DNA from: a virus
DNA: 64,000 bases
IMG/VR virus record: IMGVR_UViG_3300025115_000004
Coordinates: 14,045 to 78,044 of that record
Reading direction: 5' to 3' (one strand)
Each line of letters opens with the position of its first letter. The first letter of the stretch is position 1. Shown here one piece after another: positions 1 through 7,068 of this stretch. A program made the position numbers and the translations under genes. The notes beneath the pieces were generated by a model. It did no database searches. It saw nothing but the letters and a program-made list of their open reading frames with translations, and was not told where the DNA came from.

Positions 1-2
1 CA

Positions 3-167
3 AAGTTTTAAAACATACTTCATCAATAGATGACCCGCGTAAGCAACTGTCGCGATACCGGCTACCCAAAGCTCACCCACTACATTGATCTGCTCAGCAG
101 CTGTAGCGAATAGTAAAAGCAGAAGAACCAGAACTGCAAAATCTACTATGACCTGACGTTTTTTCAT
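3..167 (-). CDS. Small two-TM membrane protein, runs to the window edge (not in ORF track)
   Basis: ATG at 167 just downstream of promoter 189-219; MKKRQVIVDFAVLVLLLLLFATAAEQINVVGELWVAGIATVAYAGHLLMKYVLKL. Confidence 0.6.
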   Translation of the reverse strand, partial: MKKRQVIVDFAVLVLLLLLFATAAEQINVVGELWVAGIATVAYAGHLLMKYVLKL

Positions 168-188
168 CGTATGAGTTGTTAAACGTTA

Positions 189-219
189 CAAAGGTAATAA
201 TAAAAATGATTCCACCAAA
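189..219 (-). promoter_or_regulatory. Bacteroidota sigma-A promoter (-33 TTTG, -7 TACCTTTG)
   Basis: Matches TTTG...TAnnTTTG on the minus strand upstream of ATG 167. Confidence 0.7.
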
Positions 220-233
220 CAAATCAGAGAAAA

Positions 234-678
234 TTATTCATCAAAAGGATACAAAATATAACAATAAACCCAGAAGGGGATCGTAGTAGTCTGTACGGTA
301 TGATAAACCGTGCCCGGGTTAGGAATAGGAGTAGCATACCACGAACCATTAGAGCCAATCGTTATTTGATCAATCCATGATGAAGCAGCTGCGCAGTAAG
401 GACAGGGGTAAGAATCCACCAAAAACATATCCACGATCTGATCAGAAAGATCATAATACTTGAAATAACCGCAGGAAGAACAACTAGTCATATGTACTTC
501 CACCTGTTCTCCCTCGCAGAATTCAGTCCCCGAAGTCCCCGGAGGTAGAGTTCTACATGCCCAACAATCACTTCCCACAGGAGGATCATCAGGAGCCGAT
601 ACATAATTCGATGAAGAAGCACCCATCAGGGCTATCATCACCAACATTCCGAAAAAATAAAATCATTCTGTTTTTCAT
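234..678 (-). CDS. Secreted Cys-rich protein (CWAC, CSSC, CPYC) with an apparent +1 frameshift in a T6 run in its signal peptide
   Basis: Track ORF 234..647; upstream ATG 678 is 31 nt away, and deleting one T restores MKNRMILFFGMLVMIALMGASS. Confidence 0.55.
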
Positions 679-729
679 AACTAATTGAATTTGAAGTTAA
701 TAATAAAATAGAGAAATAGTATTATGTTG

Positions 730-912
730 TTATCTCTTTCCTTTTTTAGGTTTTATGCAGGTCAACCAAGATGTTCCTGTAAAAATCATGAACGATTTTT
801 TATCTGCATGATGTTCAACGATTCCTGTCATGCCGAAATATGGACTTGTTCTGTCATCGTGGGTATAGATGCTTCCTTCAGGTGGTAACTCTATTTTTCT
901 TTTAAAACACAT
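730..912 (-). CDS. Hypothetical protein
   Basis: 60-aa ORF packed in the minus-strand operon. Confidence 0.55.
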   Translation of the reverse strand: MCFKRKIELPPEGSIYTHDDRTSPYFGMTGIVEHHADKKSFMIFTGTSWLTCIKPKKGKR

Positions 913-923
913 ATCTCTTTCCT

Positions 924-1835
924 TTAAGGGTTATTAAAGCCTCCATTGGGATACCACTTGTTCGTGTCTGATGTATCTTCTTTCTCCTCTTCCTGCAAGG
1001 CAGGGTTAAGTTTCATCTGTTCACGCATCCACATTGCGCCCATAGTGAAATACTCGGGAGCAACATTCCCAAGAAATCGCTTGTCGCACTCTTTTTTTAT
1101 CTCCTCATCTGTCGGGAGGGATGGGGAGGCAATCTCCCTGTATTTCTTCAATGCCTGACAGAATGCCCAGTGTTCACGTTGTAAGTCCTTGTCATTAAGA
1201 CAGGTTTCTATCATTCTTTCAAGATAATTTACGTAATCTCCTGTCATCTCCCCGCCTTTGTCTGGGAACAATGACGTTCCTGCAAATTTTGAAAATCTGT
1301 CTTCTGGCTCCTCCCATTTGTCTCTGGAGGAGAAGGAAGGGTAGTTGTTACCACAGCACCTACAATGTAATTCTTTTTTGCCTGTGTCTCCACACTGAGG
1401 GCATTCGAGTTTCATCTCCCCCCCTTGCGGCTTCTGGGAGGCGATTTGAGCATCATCTCCTAAGTAATGCAAGCACGCTGCTCTTACCATCTCTTTATCG
1501 GGATGCCGAAGCATATACGGATGCAAGTCTTTAATTGAGTTAAAAGAATGGATATTATCGCCAAACTGCTCTTTGATCTTCTGGGAGGCGTGTTCTTCCA
1601 TTGCTGCGAGTGCCTCTGATGCTCTTACAATAGCTTTTGGGTTGCCGATATCTGAACCGTAATTCTTGGAGTGTTTACCCAAGATTTCTTTCGCGGTCAT
1701 CGGCTTCTCAACCTCGGATGAGGGGGAGAGGGATGACATTAATTCTTTTGCTCTCCTTTTAACCCATGTCGGTTCTCCGTTGATATCATCCATTCTTGAG
1801 CAATCACTTAAAAATGCCATTAACTTGTTTTTCAT
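924..1835 (-). CDS. Hypothetical mosaic protein with Zn ribbon
   Basis: 303 aa; CPQC...CRCC; 4-nt overlap with the upstream gene. Confidence 0.65.
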   Translation of the reverse strand: MKNKLMAFLSDCSRMDDINGEPTWVKRRAKELMSSLSPSSEVEKPMTAKEILGKHSKNYGSDIGNPKAIVRASEALAAMEEHASQKIKEQFGDNIHSFNSIKDLHPYMLRHPDKEMVRAACLHYLGDDAQIASQKPQGGEMKLECPQCGDTGKKELHCRCCGNNYPSFSSRDKWEEPEDRFSKFAGTSLFPDKGGEMTGDYVNYLERMIETCLNDKDLQREHWAFCQALKKYREIASPSLPTDEEIKKECDKRFLGNVAPEYFTMGAMWMREQMKLNPALQEEEKEDTSDTNKWYPNGGFNNP

Positions 1836-2014
1836 GTCTCTGTTTTTAGAAGTTCAAAATGACAATCATGTGTCACACAATGAGGAAATCCGTACTCCTC
1901 GTGGTTGTCACACATGTACTTATATCTGTGAAACTCACACTGCTCACATCCCGGTTCAGTCACAGGATCAATCACTACTTTATACGTCTCTTTTCCCAGC
2001 CTAACATTTTCCAT
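1832..2014 (-). CDS. Small Cys-rich hypothetical protein
   Basis: CEQC..C..C; first gene after promoter 2034-2065. Confidence 0.6.
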   Translation of the reverse strand: MENVRLGKETYKVVIDPVTEPGCEQCEFHRYKYMCDNHEEYGFPHCVTHDCHFELLKTET

Positions 2015-2033
2015 ACTTAAACAATTAATAACG

Positions 2034-2065
2034 CAAATTTACTATTCATATCTGACAATACCAAA
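2034..2065 (-). promoter_or_regulatory. Bacteroidota promoter (TTTG ... TAAATTTG)
   Basis: Consensus match 20 nt upstream of ATG 2014. Confidence 0.7.
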
Positions 2066-2115
2066 TAAAAATGCCGGAAATTTCTCTCTGGCATAACAAT
2101 TTCAGAAAAATATAA

Positions 2116-2517
2116 TTACTCCAGCTTAGGTGGATTATAAGGTGAGGCATTCTTGAACCCGTCTCTAATCTCTGGTATCCAGTGCTGATACATTGAAGAG
2201 CCTGTCAAGGTAGTAGTAAAATCATCAACGCAATATATCAGAGCGTCTGTGTGAGGGGATATATCATCCGCGGCCGCCTGTGTGAAGGCAAGCACAATTA
2301 AACCCTCAGATACCGGGTATACAACCTCAGCATCATAACTCTGAACGCCAGTGAGTATTACCTCGAACTGGATGGCCGTTGCGTCAGCCTGAACGAATGA
2401 CGGTGCCTGAATGCAGGTAGTAAAAGACTCCTGATCAGGCGGTGAAACCCCCCTAGCCAATGGCGTAGCCAAAGTCACAAGGAGCATGATCGAAAACAGA
2501 ACTGTGATTTTTTTCAT
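2116..2517 (-). CDS. Signal-peptide-bearing hypothetical protein
   Basis: MKKITVLFSIMLLVTLATPLARG N-terminus; promoter-like TATATTGC at 2553-2560. Confidence 0.7.
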   Translation of the reverse strand: MKKITVLFSIMLLVTLATPLARGVSPPDQESFTTCIQAPSFVQADATAIQFEVILTGVQSYDAEVVYPVSEGLIVLAFTQAAADDISPHTDALIYCVDDFTTTLTGSSMYQHWIPEIRDGFKNASPYNPPKLE

Positions 2518-2588
2518 GTCTCTGTGTGTTTAAATGGTTAAAAATCTCGACTGCAATATAGTAAATAATTAATTTCCAAACAAATTTT

Positions 2589-2757
2589 TGGGCCGGGGAG
2601 TGGGAAGGATCTCAACCCTTCCCACGCCAGCCACTGGTGAACTCCGAACAGCTACGGACGGAATGTTTTCCCCCCGGAACTCCCAAGGGCTCTACAGGGG
2701 GACATCTTTCAGGTCGGTGAAAGATGGAGGTATTTTAAAGAACTTATATCAAATTAG
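2589..2757 (-). ncRNA. Candidate structured ncRNA (multi-stem, ends in CCA)
   Basis: Own promoter 2764-2792; boxA-like AGTTCTTT leader; GC-rich hairpins at 2703-2726 and 2600-2625; long-range pairing 2671-2677 with 2593-2599; no credible ORF on this strand. Confidence 0.5.
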
Positions 2758-2763
2758 ACACTA

Positions 2764-2792
2764 CAAATATAGTGATTATTTGATTCACCAAA
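2764..2792 (-). promoter_or_regulatory. Bacteroidota promoter (TTTG ... TATATTTG)
   Basis: Consensus match pointing into a non-coding structured region. Confidence 0.7.
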
Positions 2793-2802
2793 TAAAAATA
2801 AA

Positions 2803-3354
2803 TTATTTTTCAAGTTTACCCATTACTCCGCGATCAATCCTCTCCTTCACCCGGGCATTAAGCCATAGCAAGGCCTCTTCCATCTTGGTAATAGCAAGTG
2901 CACCTTCTCTTGATGGAAACGCATTATTGAGCTTCTTGTGCCTGTCAATAAGGGCAATAAGCAACTGCTCACTCTGAAGACCCGGTGTCATCGATCCGTC
3001 ACTTTCCTTCTTCACAAATTGAATCCTCTGGAAAGAATTGTGATAACCGGTCTCGCCATTGTTGAACCCGGTACAGTTCTGAAAGTGATACTCATGAGCA
3101 CCGCCATACTCATCACCGCCCCTTGCTGCAATAGTGATCTTATTGCTGGGAAACACAGGGGACTGAAGTTTTGCGTCAAGAGGAAACGGCTCTCCCTCTG
3201 TCAGCAACAGCTCATGATAAGCCTCTTCGAATACCTCTTTCGGGCTCCACGACTCATACCCATCAGGGTAAATAACACGATAACCTTCGCGGCCATCTTT
3301 AACAGCAGGCTCTGCCTGAATTGTTTTTGTTCCAATGTACTTTTTCATAATCAC
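2803..3354 (-). CDS. tad1: Tad1-family anti-Thoeris/anti-CBASS nucleotide sponge with an extra N-terminal YIGTK/SWSPK domain
   Basis: C-terminal GGAHEY..IQF..PGLQSEQLLIALIDR..FPSREGALAITKMEEALLWLNARVKERIDRGVMG matches the Tad1 pattern; N-terminal KKYIGTK..GYRVIYPDGYESWSPKEVFEEAY. Confidence 0.8.
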   Translation of the reverse strand: MIMKKYIGTKTIQAEPAVKDGREGYRVIYPDGYESWSPKEVFEEAYHELLLTEGEPFPLDAKLQSPVFPSNKITIAARGGDEYGGAHEYHFQNCTGFNNGETGYHNSFQRIQFVKKESDGSMTPGLQSEQLLIALIDRHKKLNNAFPSREGALAITKMEEALLWLNARVKERIDRGVMGKLEK

Positions 3355-3369
3355 TTAATTTTTAAATAG

Positions 3370-3729
3370 TTAAAACGGACAATCGTTATCTTGCTTTGAA
3401 GAATTGACACTATAGTTCATAATCTGGATATTATCGTAAGAATAGCCCCTAGAGGAGTCTATCCTGTCTATAGACATCCCGGTCTTATGACGAGCTTTAA
3501 GCTCCATGTAACCGGTCTCCTGACAAAACTGGGTAAACTCCTCTATAGTCAAGGTAAACTCTTTCCTACGCCTCCTAGCATTATTCCTGAGAGCATTGAA
3601 TGTATATGTGATAGGAATTCGTTCCTTGTCAATCCTAGAACGACACTTATAACAGTATTTACCTTTACTAGGAGCTCGATCATTACGACACCATTTGGTA
3701 ATACATTTCTGCTTATTCTTTTTGGTCAT
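3370..3729 (-). CDS. HNH-like (His-Me finger) endonuclease with N-terminal Zn finger
   Basis: SIDRIDSSRGYSYDNIQ..N..K motif; Cys pairs; likely start ATG 3729 rather than 3810. Confidence 0.65.
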   Translation of the reverse strand: MTKKNKQKCITKWCRNDRAPSKGKYCYKCRSRIDKERIPITYTFNALRNNARRRRKEFTLTIEEFTQFCQETGYMELKARHKTGMSIDRIDSSRGYSYDNIQIMNYSVNSSKQDNDCPF

Positions 3730-3830
3730 GTCAGAAATTATCCTTACATTTGCCACGGTTAGGTTCATCAAATCCATCTGTTCGCGCTGGTAACGAGGAG
3801 GGGGCTTCAAAGCCCCCTCTGAGTTTTTAC

Positions 3831-4517
3831 TTACTTCTTCTTACTCTTTTTCGGAGTTTTCTCTACCGGAGGTACTTCATCTACCAGAGGAGCCTGACTA
3901 GCGGACGCATCAGCTATAGGGTCTTCAGCAGGGGCCATTCCTACCTGAGGAGCCTCAGAGCCCTCTGTTGCAGGAGCTCCCTGAGCAGCACCCTCAATTA
4001 CTGTACCATTGGGAGGTACAGGTTCCCCACCATTAAGAGCTTCAGCAACCCTGACAGCTTCATCCAGATCGGTTTCAGGAGACTCACCAAGTTCTGATGC
4101 TGCAGGCTCTTTCGAAGCTATTAACCCCCATACTGCATTATCTGTATCCAGAGTAACTCCCACACAACCCGTGAACCACACCGCAAACCTTTTACGACCC
4201 TCTTCAGAGAGCTGGATAGCTGAGGTTATGAAAGGAGAAGTCTTGTGCTTCCAGCTGAACTGCTGATCATATTTCCATCCCTGTTCAAGATGTGTGGGAA
4301 GATAGATCGCATCGTATAGATGACCCAAGCTATTACTAATCGTATCTGAAAATATTAGCTTGTCAGTTAATTCCAAAAGAGCTTTTTGCTCATCGAATGA
4401 GAGGTCCTCCCATACAGGGAGTTTGAAGTTGTTACCCATGATGTCGTCATACTTACATAGAGTCTCATGAGCCATGATGGTAGCTATCTGTACCATTGAA
4501 ATCAGATCCTTTTTCAT
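3831..4517 (-). CDS. Divergent RyR-domain protein with acidic/Pro-Ala tail
   Basis: IA..AHE..Y....P.WE.L...Q, GWKY, KT(S)P and QLSEE resemble phage RyR-domain proteins. Confidence 0.55.
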   Translation of the reverse strand: MKKDLISMVQIATIMAHETLCKYDDIMGNNFKLPVWEDLSFDEQKALLELTDKLIFSDTISNSLGHLYDAIYLPTHLEQGWKYDQQFSWKHKTSPFITSAIQLSEEGRKRFAVWFTGCVGVTLDTDNAVWGLIASKEPAASELGESPETDLDEAVRVAEALNGGEPVPPNGTVIEGAAQGAPATEGSEAPQVGMAPAEDPIADASASQAPLVDEVPPVEKTPKKSKKK

Positions 4518-4546
4518 TTTTACAGTTTTTATGATGAGTGAATAGA

Positions 4547-5239
4547 TTACTCTACAGGGGTTTCTGTAGGCATCTCAGGAGTTGTCTCTACAGGTACTTT
4601 GATATCCTTTATTCCGGGAAGCTCCTCTCTCTTAAGCCTGTCATCTTCCTTCTCCAGCCATTTCATGGCTAGTAGTACATGAGTCATGGCAGAGTGATTA
4701 AGAGCATCGAACACATCTTTCTCCGAATAAACAGGATCACCTGCAGCAGAATTGAAGTAGTCATGTACAAATGACTCTAACTCGTAGTAAAGCTGAAGGA
4801 TCTGATCTTTGTATCCATTCTGATGAAAATACTTGGCCTTGATAACCTTAAACTTGGGAACAGTTTTATCCGGCATAGCTGAAGACAGGTCATCTATATA
4901 CTCCATAATCAGTAGAGCCTTCTCAAGCTCTCCTATGGATGAAGAGATATACAGACTATGTTTGGTAACATCCAAATAGTCTAATTCTCTTTGGAGTGTT
5001 AAGAAAGTCTCATGAAAGGTTTGTGCATTTCTGTACAGATTTCCTTTCTCCGGATTACTGAGAGTAGCCATGAAAGCTTTATCATGATACTGTTTATTGT
5101 AGTCACCCAGTTTACTGGAGACAATCTTCAGATTGGAGGTATGTACCTCAATAGCTTCCGAGTTAATGTTCACTGATTTCAAGAATGGAAGAATCATTCC
5201 TACAGTGCTCTTTCTGATTAAGAAGTTTTTTACGTTCAT
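4547..5239 (-). CDS. Hypothetical protein
   Basis: 230-aa ORF, first gene after promoter 5260-5291. Confidence 0.75.
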   Translation of the reverse strand: MNVKNFLIRKSTVGMILPFLKSVNINSEAIEVHTSNLKIVSSKLGDYNKQYHDKAFMATLSNPEKGNLYRNAQTFHETFLTLQRELDYLDVTKHSLYISSSIGELEKALLIMEYIDDLSSAMPDKTVPKFKVIKAKYFHQNGYKDQILQLYYELESFVHDYFNSAAGDPVYSEKDVFDALNHSAMTHVLLAMKWLEKEDDRLKREELPGIKDIKVPVETTPEMPTETPVE

Positions 5240-5259
5240 ATATTCATTATATTTTTATG

Positions 5260-5291
5260 CAAATGTAAATTGAATATTTTGATATTCCAAA
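5260..5291 (-). promoter_or_regulatory. Bacteroidota promoter (TTTG ... TACATTTG) for the leftward operon
   Basis: Consensus match. Confidence 0.7.
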
Positions 5292-5357
5292 TGTTTTTTC
5301 TTTTCTCTTTCACTAATTCTATAGGATGAGTTATATTATAGTTTACATATATAAGTT

Positions 5358-5417
5358 ATAAAATACTTTAGTATTTTATTCCTTATAGGCGCGCGCGTAA
5401 GCGCGTACACGCGCGCG
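5358..5417. repeat. Two inverted repeats: ATAAAATACT-TT-AGTATTTTAT and CGCGCGCGT-N10-ACGCGCGCG
   Basis: Read directly at 5358-5379 and 5390-5417. Confidence 0.8.
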
Positions 5418-5486
5418 ATTATATATTGTATATTGGGTAGTAGCGTCCCTTGGGCCATTGGTCGTCAGGGTTGGAATTTTCCCGAA

Positions 5487-5750
5487 ACATAAGCGGAACG
5501 CTTACATAACATAAGCGAAACGCTTATGTTACATTTATACTGATAATCAATTACTTACTATTTTCATTATGTCGATGTAAGCTAAACGCTTACATAATGT
5601 AAGCGAAACGCTTATGTACATAAGCTAAACGCTTACATTGACATAAGCGAAACGCTTATGTTCCATATGTATTGATAATCAATCAATTATATGTAACAAA
5701 ATAAAAATGTAAGCGAATCGCTTACATTTACATAAGCGAATCGCTTATGT
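5487..5750. repeat. Array of eight 21-bp palindromes (A(CA/TG)TAAGCG-N3-CGCTTA(TG/CA)T) with two IHF-consensus sites
   Basis: Units start at 5487, 5509, 5575, 5597, 5618, 5641, 5707, 5730; WATCAANNNNTTR at 5545-5557 and 5677-5689. Confidence 0.92.
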
Positions 5751-5764
5751 AATGAAATTTGTAT

Positions 5765-5772
5765 TATATTTG
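5765..5772 (+). promoter_or_regulatory. -7 promoter element TATATTTG of the RHH/terminase operon
   Basis: TAnnTTTG 18 nt upstream of ATG 5791; its -33 region lies under palindrome 8. Confidence 0.65.
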
Positions 5773-5790
5773 TCCCGTAAAACTTATGTT

Positions 5791-6126
5791 ATGAAGAAGA
5801 GTGTTACTTTTTATCTGGAGCAGGAGATCTTAGACGAACTCCTTATTATCGCCATCCAAAGAGGTACTACTCCCTCACAGGTTATCAGGGAGGCTGTAAG
5901 AACTATGGTGAAGTCTCAGACCAAACCTGATCCGATTGTATCCCTCAAATCTGATCCTATCTCCATACCGGGATCGGTGTTGACCGAGGGGGATATGTAC
6001 AAACATCGCCAATTCTTCAAGGAGAAGGGTATCAACATAGCTGATGTCCTCAGGGCTCACAGAAGTAAATCTCGTGGTAGGCCTTACGACACTTCTATGG
6101 AACCTTACTTCATTTATCTGACATGA
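5791..6126 (+). CDS. Ribbon-helix-helix (CopG/Arc-like) DNA-binding protein
   Basis: KKSVTFYLEQEILDELLIIAIQRGTTPSQVIREAV is an RHH pattern; start moved to ATG 5791, downstream of the promoter. Confidence 0.75.
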   Translation: MKKSVTFYLEQEILDELLIIAIQRGTTPSQVIREAVRTMVKSQTKPDPIVSLKSDPISIPGSVLTEGDMYKHRQFFKEKGINIADVLRAHRSKSRGRPYDTSMEPYFIYLT

Positions 6127-6413
6127 GTAAAAATAGTCAGGGGCGTAAGACCGGTCTAGATGCCGAGAAAGGCATGCTTGATGATTTGAACGTTATAGTC
6201 GATTTTGTTGTGGGTAATCAAAAATCAGAAGCTGTTGACATCAACAGTGAGACTCTAGCAGAGGCCTTAGCTTTTCTGGAGATTTACCCAAAGAACTGGG
6301 AGGCTCAGGCCGCTGCTATGAGGCAATTAAGGGTGTTAGATAAGATGGTAAAGGATCTGATTGAGAAGGTTAGAATACTGCAGAAACGACAAGAATTGCG
6401 TATAAAGAAATAA
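6123..6413 (+). CDS. Hypothetical coiled-coil protein
   Basis: 96 aa, ATGA overlap with the RHH gene. Confidence 0.65.
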   Translation: MSKNSQGRKTGLDAEKGMLDDLNVIVDFVVGNQKSEAVDINSETLAEALAFLEIYPKNWEAQAAAMRQLRVLDKMVKDLIEKVRILQKRQELRIKK

Positions 6414-6429
6414 TGATTACCTTTGCGTT

Positions 6430-7068
6430 ATGGATAAGGATTGTGTTATAGTACAAATCAATAAGGACCTTCTTACAATAGGTCCGGGTCCTGTGGCTTT
6501 TCCTCCTGAGGTCTTTGTTGAGGATACAACTGTAAGCGAATTTGGTGATCTGCCTAAGGGTGTGTATAAGTATAATGTCACCTCAGTGGGTGTTAATGGA
6601 GAGAGCTCTTCTTGTCAAGATATTATTGTTTACGCGCGATACGAGGATAATGCTATTGTCCTCCGATGGAAACCTATCCCATTTATTAATGAGTACAGAG
6701 TTTACAGATCAAGTCAGGAAGGTCCTGATGGTTATTTTACTGTCTTCTCTATGGATGGTTATTTCTGTGATGATGGAAGAGGGGTGCTGAATCAGGCCTC
6801 TATGTTGCCTCCTGCGCGAACCAAGGAGGTAAATTATCCCAGAAGTATCCACCGAGCAGCAGTTAAAGGGATTACCTCAGAGTATTTAGGGGGTATGGAT
6901 ATGGGACCTAATATGGCCTATGTCTATATCGAATTACATTCTGGGGAGATTATCTCTATTAACATAGGTAAGGTAGTGAATCAACCATGGATATCTACTT
7001 ACCAAGGTCTGTTGAGAGCTGTCAGAACTTTAGAAAAGTGGGTTGATGGCAACTACGAAGGCGCGTGA
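6430..7068 (+). CDS. Protein with FN3/Ig-like domain
   Basis: LPKGVYKYNVTSV..NGES...LRW......YRVYR...F.DDG pattern; TACCTTTG at 6418-6425. Confidence 0.6.
   Translation: MDKDCVIVQINKDLLTIGPGPVAFPPEVFVEDTTVSEFGDLPKGVYKYNVTSVGVNGESSSCQDIIVYARYEDNAIVLRWKPIPFINEYRVYRSSQEGPDGYFTVFSMDGYFCDDGRGVLNQASMLPPARTKEVNYPRSIHRAAVKGITSEYLGGMDMGPNMAYVYIELHSGEIISINIGKVVNQPWISTYQGLLRAVRTLEKWVDGNYEGA

Noticed and set aside
2589-2677. Canonical tRNA
   Set aside because: No TTCRA T-loop, D-loop GG or 7-nt anticodon loop; kept only as a tRNA-like ncRNA candidate
2588-2977. Plus-strand 129-aa ORF and the many other antisense or nested ORFs in the track
   Set aside because: They are shadows of well-supported genes or of the ncRNA candidate, with no motifs or start context
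3798-3819. Hairpin GAGGGGGCT-TCAA-AGCCCCCTC as terminator of the RyR-like gene
   Set aside because: No U-tract on the coding (minus) strand; function unclear
5487-5750. CRISPR array
   Set aside because: Repeats are mostly adjacent (0-2 nt apart), the two longer gaps share an IHF motif rather than being unique spacers, and there are no cas genes
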